Source: Chrysomallon squamiferum (lineage: Eukaryota > Animalia > Mollusca). From it: DNA of 64,000 nt. The position numbers and the translations under genes are program-made. The stretch lies in contig CM022678.1 of the NCBI GenBank assembly GCA_012295275.1, forward strand, positions 4,526,001 through 4,590,000. The letters run 5' to 3'. The stretch's first letter is position 1, and the number at the start of each line of letters is the position of its first letter. A model generated the notes under the pieces. The model was not told the DNA's origin. It did not search any database and saw nothing but the letters and a program-made list of their open reading frames with translations. Shown here piece by piece: positions 21,862 through 40,660 of this stretch.

Positions 21862-22946
21862 TGAGTTGTTTACTGAAGGCCGTTGCTATAGTGTCTTCCT
21901 GTTTACGGCAAGGTGAATATCAATGACCCATTACTGCTAAATCAGTTTACACTAGTCCGTAGTCTGTCGCCAGTGTTCACGTACTGTCATCTATTCTGTT
22001 ATTCAGTCACAGGACATTTGAGTTTTCTACACGAGAGAAAGAATGTCAGTTAGTTTCCAGATATTTAATAATCTGATCCTGATTATCTTTCTGTTTCTCA
22101 GACTAAAAAAAAAAAAAACAACCCAAAAAACAAATATTAACAGATAATACACTGATTTCATGTGCAGCAGATATACAAGTATACATTAAGCCAGAGGTAG
22201 TATCCCAATTGCAAAACTACCAAAAAACAAGGCAACAGCTAAAAGCGTATAACGTATAAATGCTTACATAGCTACTCAACATAATTCATTGTACTTCTTC
22301 TATCATGTTATAAAATGTAAATTTCTAGACCCAGTCTAAATTAAAAAATTAATTGAAAAATAAAATAACAGAAACAGTTCTGTTAGTTAGTAGTAATTAA
22401 AATACCCCCCCCAAAAAAAAATCAATACAAGCATGTTAATGATTGATCAATGATTACACTGGATTAAAGATATTACAATTGATTTCAAGCTTTTTTTTTT
22501 GCCTTCTGTGGAAATAATAATGAAAAGGTTGAGGATTTGATATTTTATTTTCTTGTAATGGATTTACATTTATCAGTGGATGACAGTGTTACCTTTTTTT
22601 TTTTAAAAAGGGATATGATATTGGAAAGATATCCTAGCTTTTGACTCAGTACTTCGAGAATAAGCAAATTATTCAGCCTCCTGGTAAACATTTGATAAAT
22701 GTATGTATATACATGCACACATACATTTATACATACACAGATACATCGTGTACAAACATTCATGAGAGACCAGTATAATCTTTGATCTCTGGTGTCCAAG
22801 AACAAACACTAATAATAATTAAAATGAAATGCTTATGTACACGCAGATTTAATTAAATTTAATTCTTATGAAGAAGACCCAGATTAAAAAAAAAAAAAAA
22901 AAAAAAATTAAAAACATTTATAGTTTGAAATGTAAACTCTGCCCTT

Positions 22947-22989
<43 letters not shown>

Positions 22990-23501
22990 ATAATAATAAT
23001 AAAATGAAGATTCGAGCTTACTTTAAAAAAAACAAAGATTTTATCAAATGGATTCCCAGCTGAAGGATATTTAAAGTCTTGTGAAAAATAGAAAATGTCT
23101 TAAGTATTTTAGGGTCAGAAGTCTCAAATGTAAGTAAAAAAAAAATAAAGTTTTATATATTTTAGGAACAAATCTTTTTCATATATATATATATATAAAA
23201 TAAAAAGAAATTGAATTTAATAAAAAAAAAAATAAACAGAATCTTAACTATCGTGTAACTGAATAGTCTTCAAGAAAAAAAAATCCGATTACCAGAAATT
23301 ACTTATATATATATATATATATATATCTATATGTAAATGTTCCATCATCATTAACATCAATATAAAGTAACTTATATATAAAAAAACAAAATCCTTGCTT
23401 AAATGAATATTTATATATATATAAAAAAACAACAAAAAAAGAACAGAAAGTAAAAAAGAAAAACACCCTCAAAAAGCTTAAAAAAAATATCTGGACATTT
23501 C

Positions 23502-28762
<5,261 letters not shown>

Positions 28763-29419
28763 TGTAATATTTCTGTGTTTTATTTCTACCAGTTGTTACC
28801 GCGCACTAACAAGATGAAACATACGTCTGCGTCAATAAGCCGCTTTCGCTGAACATGCTGTCGAGTTGAGGTCTATTTTGTTGTGTCTCTTTCTTTCTTA
28901 CTTTTATTTTATTTTACTGTTGTTGTTTGGTTTGATTCGGGGCATCTCTTCCCGCACAGGTAATTTATATTTGATATTTGTTTGCTTTTCTTAGAATATT
29001 CTAAAGATTATTCTGATGAAAATTCAAGTACAGAAAGACCATAGAAAAAAAATCATCCTTTCTTCATTTTTCATTTTATATATAAATGCTAAAATGTTTT
29101 AATAATAACATTTAAACTCAGCACCAAAAAAAAACAACAAAAAAACAACAACAAAACAAGTGTGAAACAAAACAAATCCCATCTATTTCTAAGTTATGTG
29201 CTTTAAAAATGATCAGATGAATTTCTAGTGGAATGTCTGAAACACTGAGTAGACAGATGTTTAATGAATGACGACGTTCCAGTACAAACAGAATTTTTGT
29301 CAGCATTATGAAGATCGACTCAGTACAGTATATGTCATTTGTATGAAGTAAGTTATACTGTTCTACAATGAATAATTAACTATTTCACTCAACGTCGAAT
29401 AAACGATACAGTGATGTCG

Positions 29420-29455
<36 letters not shown>

Positions 29456-30399
29456 AAAAAAAAGAAATAAAATAAATAAATTTATATACATAAATTTAAC
29501 ACAAATTAAAATACATAAATTTATATATATATATATTATGACATTTTGTGCTTGGACTGCAGCATTTCAAACGCCAGTGATTTCAAAGATACAAAACTGA
29601 ATACACCAGTTTCTCTTTCTCTGTTCCGTCCTAATGGTTCAGCTTGAAGATTCGCTTTGCAACTTTCATTAATCGAACCCCAGATTATCCTAATCTATAT
29701 AATCTTCATGATTACGAAAGTTTCACGAAAATGGGAATAAGGTTTATGCTGGTAATAATGAAAAACATAGAAAATATTTCAGATTAAAATGTGTTTTAAT
29801 AGATGTAGGGAAGTGATACAAAGCAGTAAGCGTGGTGCACACTTCTGCTGTCAAGAGTTTAAAAAGGTCTAAAAGGTCGAAGGTTAATATCCGTGATTAG
29901 AATAACATTTCATGTACAGCTTAAACAGATAGTCAGCAGGTGATTATATTTAATATTTTAAATACTTTAGTGCATGTGTACGCTTACCAATCGGAAAACC
30001 GCAAGATGGCACTATCTCGGCTTATTTCGAAAAAAAGTCTCGGATTTAAGAATTTTGTATAAGTTGATCTTGACCCTCTATATATCCTGCGGCTGCAGAC
30101 ATACGTTTTGAACGGTAATAATTAAAGTGGCAATGATAGTTTCAAAATCTGGTACAAAAGGTTAAAGCGTATCGTACAGGTAATTCGCAAAATAAATTAA
30201 TGAATTAAATTAAAAAAAAAGCCTTAAAAGACTGAGTGGCCGACCTGAATAACGTTTCGATACGCGTGAAACAGGGGAGAATTCATTGTTATAACCGGAC
30301 AGTATAGTGCTTTTAACCTTACGAAAGTTTATCAGTTTTATATTTTCTTACATGTTATCTACAAATCACTTTCTTTTCTCTCCGTTCTAAACGTATGGT

Positions 30400-31000
30400 T
30401 TATAATAAAATGTCCGATTGTTAGAATAGCGTATATTGGATTTACTGCTGATTTAAAGACATCCTGAGACACACTCTCCAGTAAAAATAAAAATAAAAGT
30501 TGAAGAGTTATTCTAGGGGAACTGACGTGTAACCAGTTTGTTCAGTCGCTGTTATTTATATATTTATGTAATTTGTACTCTAGAGACTGATTCGATATCT
30601 TCTCAATGTGAGCTATCGATTTATAACTTTCTAACAGATAAAAGGTGGAATAAACTAATAAATGTTTAATGTTTGTTTGGCGACTCTCCAGTTCTAAGAT
30701 TGCTGTTTAGTATTAAAGACAGAATCTGTAAAGTTAATATAATACATAACACAGTGTCGCGGATTTCTAAGATGCTTATTATAACTCTTAATGTTGATTT
30801 GTGGTGTAACTGTGTTTTCAGTTCTGTAATCAATTCATTTTATTAATCGAGTTCATTTAAAAGGCTTGCATCTATGTTTAGAAGCAAAGTGATCTGCCGA
30901 TGGATATACGTTTGTTTCATCATGGAAGAATGTAGTAAGCTGTTGTTTTCTTATTCTGAGATGGTGTAATGTCTAATTAAACTGTCTCAGTAACAATTAT
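30400..31000 (-). mobile_element. Possible highly decayed LINE reverse-transcriptase remnant
   Basis: Minus-strand HRQITLLLNIDASLLN near 30855-30905 resembles the RT motif YRPISLLNIDAKILN. Many stops; boundaries approximate. Confidence 0.3.
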
Positions 31001-31782
31001 GAAGTTTAACTTGTCAAATCTCCTTCGAGGAGAATCTTATTTTTATATTGGTTCCCCGCTGATGTTAACTCACTTTCTCACACGAGATATTGAAATATGT
31101 TTTATCATAATTTCTGGTATCGCTTATCATTATCTTTCTCGTGATTAAATAGTAAATGTACCTTAATTTCTGTTTTGCTTATTTCTATAATGCATTTAGA
31201 GAACTGGTTTATTCAGTTTATAAATTCCTTGTCAGATGACCATTAGTTAAAACATCTTGTTTAGTGCTAGACTGAGTCGTGTTAAAATACAGCAGATGTT
31301 TGATCAAACAGGACCCATGTTGAAGGTAATTCAATTTCTACTACGAGGCGTCATCAAACACTTTTTTGAATGACAATACTCGGTTTACATTTAATACATG
31401 GTTGTAATTATTCCAGGTATTTTAGTAAGTATTAATGTTGTATTGTTTCAGATAAAGGTAAACAGGCACGTACAGATTGTTCTAATTCAACAGTTTCATT
31501 CCCTCACTTTACGACATGTTTGATCACGTGATATCCACACTTTGCTAGAGAAAATTAGCATCTTTAGAGACTGATTTTCGAAACACTGAGTCCTTTGATA
31601 ACCGAATAAATAAGTAAATAAAAGAAATGAATCAAAGCATAAAGATTTATTAATCAAATTTCAAAGCTCAATGAAAGCGAGTCAACTCCACTGTGATCGT
31701 TGTTTTTCTATGTCTCTACGATTAGTTTTCTGACACAGATCTCTCACATGTATCGGTCCTCATATTTTGTAATTAATCCGGA

Positions 31783-33529
31783 CTATAGCATGATCTTAGA
31801 TGGTCTTATTTTCATAACTGCTCCCTTTAGTGGTTGAAACCATCGTTTTCTCCATGGATACCACCAAACTGAAGTCGTATTAGCCGTCGTTACATATGTG
31901 TACAGTCCATTTAGATTGGAGTGAGAACAATCCCTGTACGACCAAGCTCCTTGAGAGTATACAGCACAGTTCAAACCTGCCGTGTCCAGATCTTTGTCTT
32001 TTGTACTGAAATAACAGCCATTTTGAAATGACAGAGCATCACCTGAAACATAGTGATTAAAAAACATTTGACTATCTACATGTTATTTAGGCTATACATT
32101 AATCTCTGTGTTCTTTAGCACAGTCCAAAGACGATTTGTCTACGTCTTTGTCTTTTGTACTGAAATAACAACCGTTGTGCCACTCAAGACCATCACCTAA
32201 AATTAAAAAATTAAATTAAAAACAGTAAAAAATACAACTTCAAAACAACAGCAACAAATTAATTAATAAATAAATAAATTATAATAATAATAATGACGAT
32301 GATGATGATGATAATAATAATGAACTATTTCATAATCACATTTACAATGTTAAAATCTTTGACAGTGATGAGATGAAGATTGGGATGATGAATAGTATGA
32401 TCATAATGATCTTAATAATAATATTAATGATAGTAATCATGGTCGCAATAATAAAAGATAATGATGATCATCATGATGATAACAATTATGACAATACTAC
32501 TACTACTATTAGTACTATACTAATAATGAAGATGATGATAATAATGAAAAAGACAATTATAATAATAACTAAAAGACAAGAAAAGGAAATATAGGAAAAG
32601 GAACAAGGAAATTTAGTAAAAGAAAGTTAATGTCAAATGTTATCACATTAAATCATAACAACAAATCTGATGTAATTACAAATCACAGTACCAGCAGTTC
32701 CACTGTAATTGGCTATAGACAGCTGGAAATTCTTGTCTTCTCTTGCTATCGAGAAATTCTGGTAGGAGGCGTAGGCAGTGTTCCCTTCAAAATCTTCTAA
32801 ATCTACCCTCAGTTCATAAAGTCCTTGAGCAGTTAGTCTGTGAATATTGGTGTTACCTAATAATAATAATAATAACAATAATCATAAAAATATCTATGAT
32901 GATGATTATAATTATTCAGCATCAGTGTTATGATGATGATGATGATATCAATACGAACAACGATGTTGGAAGAAATGTGACACAAAATAAAAACATTTGT
33001 CTATTTCAGAATCCATTTGCATCGAAAAGATAATCAGGTTTAAACATACCCAGCCAGAACTCATTGCGTAAATTTCCGAAACCGTCTTTGTATTCATTCC
33101 AAGTTCTGTAGAAATCTTCCGATCCGTCAGTCCTTCGCTGTAATACCTGAATCAGTAACGAAGAAAGACAATACAATCTAGTCCAAGTTAAATAAGAACC
33201 ACTGGGAAAAAGAATCTATGATCTCTGTCTACTACATGAGCCCATATCTCATAGAGATATTATCTCTAATTGTGTATAAAATCTGTGTGTCAGCAAAGAT
33301 TTATAAGTCTGCCTTTCTGACTTACCAACCATCCTCCATTACTAATTTCTCAATAGACAGTGATTGATTGTCCGCTATCACGTGGTTTTACCAAATAAAC
33401 ACCATCAGCCTGAAATCCTTTCTTCACGACATCGTAACAGTCTGTAGGTTCGTCGTTTTCAGCATCTGTAAAATCAATTCAGTGTATTCTGAGTAAATCT
33501 TTGAATCTAATTATTGTGATCTAAAACGC

Positions 33530-33595
<66 letters not shown>

Positions 33596-34014
33596 AAGAA
33601 GACGAAGAAGAAGAAGAAGAAGAAGAAAAGGAGAGGAAGACAAAAATAAAGGCAATCGTGAAAGTAAACAAACTATTTTTGTTTTTTTGTTAATAGCTTA
33701 CCGAAACGTTGCATGCCCACATACTTTTCAAATGTCGAATAAGTGACTTGATCATCGTACAACAAACAAACGTTGTCAGTGGTTGAATAGAACATACTTT
33801 GACAGTCAGACAAATGATAACACTGTCTGGCACACTCTGATCGTGTTGAAGTTGTCGTTTCGTCTATTCCTTTGATATTGGGTTTCACGTTCTGAAATAA
33901 TGGTGATTCTCGCAGAACAGTTTGTATTGAACCAGAAGCTGGACAGACATTTGCCGCAGTCGTGGTCGTAAACAGGATGAAAATGACAGCTGAGATGTCC
34001 TTCGCAGAAGTCAT
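31783..34014 (-). pseudogene. Secreted PAN/apple + fibrinogen C-terminal (FReD) protein, 5 exons, in-frame TGA in exon 2 (probable pseudogene or null allele)
   Basis: Exons 33702-34014 (signal peptide + CARQCYHLSDCQSMFY...CLLY PAN), 33326-33465 (DCYDVVKKG..DGVY.VKP...VY*EISNGGWL), 33050-33146 ([33 protein letters not shown]), 32692-32856 (YELRVDLEDFEGNTAYASY..FSI), 31783-32042 (FSTKDKDLD...NCA...GAWSYRDCSHSNLNG...MKIRP). TGA at 33350-33352. Confidence 0.85.
32099..32196 (-). pseudogene. Truncated duplicate of the terminal fibrinogen exon
   Basis: TTTTAG|GT GAT GGT CTT GAG TGG... translates to GDGLEWHNGCYFSTKDKDVDKSSLDCAKEHRD*, directly upstream of the complete last exon. Confidence 0.85.
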
Positions 34015-34622
34015 ATTTTGATGACGTTGTTGTCGTCTTGGTAGGAGTTACACTCGACGTAACTGTTGTCCTCTTCTTAGAATGTCGTTCCTGTCCTTTT
34101 TTTTTTTTTTTTGCTGAACGCTGAAATAGGTAAACGTTTAATTCTAAATGTCTACAGTATTTACGGAACATGGCAAGAAAAGATCGGGTTTGGAAACCTA
34201 ATAAACTCTGCTTGGTCATTAGCTAATTCCTGGCCGCCATGTGAAAATTATTTGTTCTTTAATAATTAATAAAATCTTGAATAATTATCGAATTGTATCT
34301 TAATCCAAGAGTCAAAGTTTGGGAAAAAAAAACGTCCATGGAAGATAAATTTTCTCGTTCTATTGCTCTGTCTGTTACGAAACAATGTATCGATGTCCAC
34401 CATTTTATTATTATTATTTTTTTTCTGAAGTGTTTGTTACCAAATGGTGAACTATTTAAAAATTTCCTTTGTGTTCAAATATCAAGAGAAAGCATGTTTG
34501 AAATATTGCACCTTTATCATTGTATGCATGTATTTTTTAAATTTTTGTTTATATTGGTATGTATATATCAATGCTTGCATATAATTGTACTAATATATTT
34601 TAAAAGTTCACGTAATACAGAC

Positions 34623-34749
<127 letters not shown>

Positions 34750-35266
34750 CTTTTCCTAAAGTAAATTGCGTTGGATATAATCTTTACATATTAATAAAAT
34801 ACGTTTTTGATTTCGCACTTAAATATGAATGAACTGAAGCATGATTTTTCTGTTTTGAATGCAATATTTTCTTTTGTGTATTCCTGAAATATGAAGCACC
34901 GCTTCATGTAACTTAGCTACAAATGTATTCTGAATATGATATTACGCTTGTGATCATTACTAATTTAAAACTGTTGGTGACATCAGGTATCTGAATTATA
35001 GATAACACAGATATTTTCTTTGTTAATGTTTTTTTTGTTGTTCGTTCTGAGTTTATATTTTTATTGACTGATTTATTGATTATCACTTATTTTAAATATT
35101 ATATAATACTTTTTTCTTCTTTTTTTATGAATACTAAATGAGACATACATATTAGTATTAAAGTAAATTCATACATACAAAAATAAGGAATTTTGGGTTG
35201 AGATTTCTTAATTTTCAAGTTACTGGTGTTTTGTTTCATATATTTAAATATACTATTTTATCTTGT

Positions 35267-35324
<58 letters not shown>

Positions 35325-36675
35325 TTTACATCATCTATATTTTTAACAGCACATCAAGAAAATCATGTTAACATACAAACACACAAAAGGACCTTTTAGG
35401 TGAGGTTTCTTATTTTTGTTGATTTTTTTTTTTTTTCTTTGTTTTTATTTTTCTTTCATTTCTATTTTTCTTTCTTTCTTTCTTTATTTATTTATTTATT
35501 TATTTATTATTATTATTATTTTAAATAATACAAAAAATAAAATAATATAACCGTAACTAGACTGTAAACAGAAAACTTGTTTGTTCTTTGTAAAAAGAAT
35601 TAATGTGAACTTCCAGCATCCAGATTACCTTAGGCTTTATGATGATAAAAAACCTGTACCTTTGAAACCGTTAAATATAAACTAAAACTATAAAATGAAA
35701 TTTCACCCTGGTCTTTAAATGATATATTTTTACATGGCTATAAATATATTTTTTTCTTCGAAGACTTTTTCCCTCTAATTCTTTGTCCGTTTGTTTTGTT
35801 CCAAGTCTGTCGTTATTTTAAGTGTAACATGGTGATATTTCTTCAGTGCTTTATAGTGTTACTGGGGCTTTTAAAAGCGAGGAACACATTTTTCCTGATC
35901 ACCGTCTAATAAATCGCAGTCTCATAACATTATCATACGAAAGAAAAATGATCTTATCGGACAAGTCAGAGTGAGTTTATTCATTTTATGTCATTTTTTG
36001 GTTCTTACGAATTTTTTAGTTCTTAAGAAAATGTAGTAAAATGTTCACACAAACTTCTCCCAGCGAGGCTTAGAATTAAGATACAAAATTACAAATTCAA
36101 AAATAAAATTAGCCTACAGACGACTGCAAAACGTATATCATGACTCTACGAAGGTGAAAATGAAATCACGAGGAGCAGGGGTCCATGTATAATAAATAAA
36201 TAAATAAATAGAATAGAATAGAATAGAATAAAATAGAATAGAATAAAAATAAAATAATTCTTCATAAAAAGAATACATATTTTTTCAGTTCTCTTTCACA
36301 AACATCAATGGTAAGATGCACTCGTTGAAGCGAGACATCGATGTAAAGTTCCTAATCGAAGGATAGAAGCAATGAACGAATTAATTTTTCATAATTGTTT
36401 CTTTTTTTCCAGTACAAAGGTAATTTTATTGCTGTTTGAAGATGGTTACAGTAAAACAAATCTAATATGAAGGAATAATTAACTGAACTTTGAATAACGA
36501 TATTTGTTTGCATGCCCTGAAGTATGAAAAAAATAAAATAAATGAATACTCAATCTTTACAGGTTTGGTTTAATGACTGGTAATTATTTTAAAGTCATTA
36601 TAATCAATAATTGTGTGTTGCTTTGCTTGCGACAAAGAGGAAGATGTATATATTATTGTAATTGGACCTTCCGTC

Positions 36676-36759
36676 ATATTTTATGTTTCCGAAACCGTCT
36701 TTATATTCATTGCAAATTCTGTAGAAATCGTTCGATCTGTCAGTTCTTACATGAAAAAC
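36676..36759 (-). pseudogene. Orphan remnant of fibrinogen-domain exon 3
   Basis: [25 protein letters not shown] aligns by eye with 33050-33146. The acceptor is mutated (CGG instead of CAG). Confidence 0.85.
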
Positions 36760-37101
36760 CCGAGTCTGTGACTGAGAAACAATAACTGTAAGACAGACAG
36801 TGCTGATAATGGTAGCCCGACCACATAAATATATATTCTAGGTGTGTATAAACGTTATAATATAAACACATCATAACTTTGTGTGGATGTCTGTTTGTGT
36901 GTATGCCTCTCTGTGTGCATGTCTGTGTGTATGTCTCTATCTGTATATAACTGTCTTTATAACCAGCATCCTCTATTACTAATTTCACTGATATTCTGAT
37001 TGGCTGTCCGGTGTCACGTGATTTTACAAAAAAAAAAAAAAAAAAAGAAAGAAAAAGCCAAAGAACGCCAATGATCGACAAAAACGATTACTGTGAATAT
37101 T

Positions 37102-37175
<74 letters not shown>

Positions 37176-38007
37176 TATGTATATATGTATGTATGTACAT
37201 GTGTGAATGTGTGTCTGTGTGTGTGTTTAACAAACTGCTTTCATGACAGCTGTATTGCTCCTCCTTTGGAAATTCATGCAATATTCTAACATTTTTCAGT
37301 AACTTTTTGCTACAGCCACATACTGTGTAGTGACTCAGCGTGTTTGCATAAAATTATTTAAATCATTGAAAACCCTGAATACTATTATTTAGTACTTTAC
37401 TCATAGGCAGTGTTGCTTGTGGTTATTGTTAAATGAGATGTTTGGATTTTAAAGGGAACATAATAATTTTTTAGGTTTCATTTCAAAACGTGAAGGAATA
37501 TAACGTTTACAATCTTCTTATATGAAGATAATTCAACGTGTCAAAAAATCAAAAGAAATTAAAAAACTTGTGGATAAAAAGAAAAATTTAGAAATGAAGC
37601 AATAGAGAAATATATGTACTCATCACACAAAAGGAATTCTTAAAAAAAAAAAAAGGGAAGAAGAAGAAAAAAGAACAAACTACAAACTGGTTTTGCATGT
37701 GGTGCAGGTCTAAAGGATGTATGGCCTCGGTGTTGCTGTTGTTGCTGTTGTTGTTCTTCTTCTTCTTCTGCTTCTTCTTCTTCTTATTATTATTTTTGCT
37801 GCTGTTGTTTGTGTTGCTGATATTGTAGTGATTGTGGTTATCGTTGTTACAAAACATAATAGGAAAACACAGTAACCTCGTTATTAAAGTCAGGAAAGTA
37901 TTAACTATTTAAAAAGTTTTATTTTTATTTGAGTAGTCTGCTTTTATTATGAGAGTGAGGTTAGATTAATGAGAGGCATAACAATCATTGCAATAATTGT
38001 TTTTTAG

Positions 38008-38190
38008 GTGATGGTCTTGACTGGCACAATGGTTGTTATTTCCGTACAAAAGAACAAAGACTTGGACAGTTCAGCTGACAACTGTGCTGAAACTTACTAA
38101 GGTGCGTGGTTGGTCAGAAGTGTTCTGAAAACTGAAAAAGTCACTGCAGTTTCGAAAATAAAGAACAGTTATGAAAAATAAGACAATCTT
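38008..38190 (+). pseudogene. Orphan remnant of the terminal fibrinogen exon
   Basis: TTTTAG|GDGLDWHNGCYF, then a frameshift, KDLDSSADNCAETY*GAW, and a 3' end agttatgaaaaataagacaatct matching the VMKIRPS coding sequence. Confidence 0.85.
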
Positions 38191-39198
38191 ACTTCTTCCA
38201 TCTGTTTGATGAAAACACAGTAATACGTGGACATATGTCGAGATATGTGAAGTCTCTGTGAATTAATGTTCGTTGTGGTGTTGATTATTGCATGTCTTCT
38301 GTTTTCTACTTTATTTTGAAAATTAGTTTGTAAATACTTATGTTATGATTCATTTCAAACTTTTTTCTTTGAATATTTCAAACTACAATGCTTTTCAATA
38401 AGTTCAATCTTAATTGTTGTGAACCATCAATAACAAGCTGGATATGACGTGTTCACACATGTAGCTAGAAAAAGAAAACGAAACTGTTTTATTATAACTG
38501 TAAAACAACTGCAGTCTATGGATTATAGAAAATGTATAGTGTTTGAGATTTTAACTACGATTCAGTACATATAAATCAATTATATTATGATTATTGGAAT
38601 TAAAGTTAAATATTTATTGTATAACAGTAAGACTTGTGTGTTATCTACTACATTTATTTTGCAGCATTCAGTTTCATGCATCAGTGAAACTTCCTCTTTG
38701 TACTGGAGTGTTGGCAAACATAAAATATTTATTATTTGATTGAATCTGGGCTTCTATTAGAAAAACATAAACAGATACTTCGCTTTCAGACTGTATCGAC
38801 ATAATCTCTGCAAAACAAATTATATAGATAAGTCATAACAATTGACGACAATCAATTACATGTTAATGTTTTCACAAGAAAAAAACAAACAACAACACTT
38901 CACTTCTTCAAGTTTAATTCTATTACACATTGTCTGTATCAGGATTTATATATTTCATATCGACATTTGCGACGAAGCACTCATTAAAACGCGTTCCTTT
39001 TGTACAACAAATTACTTTTCCACGCCTATTTGTCTGATAACTGAAAAAAAGGAAACGAACAATTAATTATTTTCGTCAAAAAACATAGAGTATTCCAAAA
39101 ATCAGTATTGAACGGAAATACAGTTCCGATCTATTTGTGCACAAGACAAGATCAACAACAATCTGATTTCTCCGGACACAACAACCACAACGTCAACT

Positions 39199-39899
39199 AT
39201 GACTTCTGTGAAGACTATCTCACTTACGATTTTCATCCTGTTTGAGGCCTCTGTTTCCTCAGAACTCTGTCCAGCTTCTGGCCACGTTGAAACCGATTTG
39301 CACGAATCACCCTTATTTCGAGATGTAAAACCCAAATCACAAAGTTTAAAACAAATGACGACCTCAGGAAGATTACAGTGCGCAGTAAATTGCTATCATC
39401 GTCGTGGCTGCCGAAGTATTTTCTATTCGACCACTGACAAAGTCTGTTTGTTACACGGTGATGAAGTTAATTATTCGACATTTGAAAATTATACGGGCAT
39501 GCAACGTTTCGGTAAGTTTTTAAAATAAAAATGTGTAGTTTTCTCATTTCCTCTATAGATTGCATTATCTTTTCTTCCACTTCTTTTTCTTTTTCTTCCA
39601 CTTATTTTTCTTCTTCTTCTTCTTCTTCTTCTTCTTCTTCTTCTTCTTCTTCTTCGTTATTGTTGTTGTTCTTCTTTAATTATATTTGCGTTTTAGTAAC
39701 AAATATTTGCAGATAGTCGACTGAAGATTTATTGAGAATACACTGAATTGATTTTGCAGATATTGAAAACGACGTACCTGCTGACTGTTACGATGTCGTG
39801 AAGAAAGGAATTCAGGCTGACGGTGTTTATTTCGTTAAACCACATGATAGCGGACTGACAATCAGTGTCTATTGTGAAATTAGTAATGGAGGATGGCTT
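39199..39899 (+). CDS. Second PAN/apple + fibrinogen-domain gene, exons 1-2 only (rest not visible; assembly gap follows)
   Basis: Exon 39199-39511 (signal peptide + PAN, 313 nt) and exon 39760-39899 (DCYDVVKKGIQADGVYFVKP...VYCEISNGGWL, 140 nt). Exon sizes and phases are the same as the minus copy, and intron 1 flanks are shared. Confidence 0.8.
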
Positions 39900-40414
39900 G
39901 TATGTTAAAACGGTTTGATTTATCTGTCTATCTATATAATATATATGTATGTATGTTTGTATATTTGGATGTATGTATGTATGTATGTATGTATGTATGT
40001 ATGTATATATGTATGTATGCATGATGTATGTAATGAAATTAATAATGGAATATACAGTTTTCATAGCTTTACGGTCCCATTACCTAAGGATCTTGTAAGG
40101 GTAGGTAAGCGTTTAGGGATTAAGAAATGGATTAGTAAATTTAGACAATGGTTTATTACGGTGATGGTATAATACTACCAACATCATAAATAATATAACA
40201 TATGATCACGGAGTACAGCTTCACTTATTTATTGATCATTTCACAAAAACATTTGGAAAATAAACAAAATCAAATGAACATAATTAAATTGTCTACTAGC
40301 AAACCTTATGACCAAAGTAACAATTATTTAAAGACAGAATCGGTTACGTGAATAACAAGATAACTATGTTAATGTGAAATTGTAACTTACGTTTATGTTT
40401 ATATAAACATAAAC

Positions 40415-40456
<42 letters not shown>

Positions 40457-40460
40457 TCGA

Positions 40461-40660
40461 NNNNNNNNNNNNNNNNNNNNNNNNNNNNNNNNNNNNNNNN
40501 NNNNNNNNNNNNNNNNNNNNNNNNNNNNNNNNNNNNNNNNNNNNNNNNNNNNNNNNNNNNNNNNNNNNNNNNNNNNNNNNNNNNNNNNNNNNNNNNNNNN
40601 NNNNNNNNNNNNNNNNNNNNNNNNNNNNNNNNNNNNNNNNNNNNNNNNNNNNNNNNNNNN
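40461..40660. other. Assembly gap (200 N)
   Basis: Run of N. Confidence 1.

Noticed and set aside
31640-31783. SECIS element in the lectin 3' UTR
   Set aside because: An ATGA is present, but I could not find the correctly spaced AA loop and GA quartet stem by eye.
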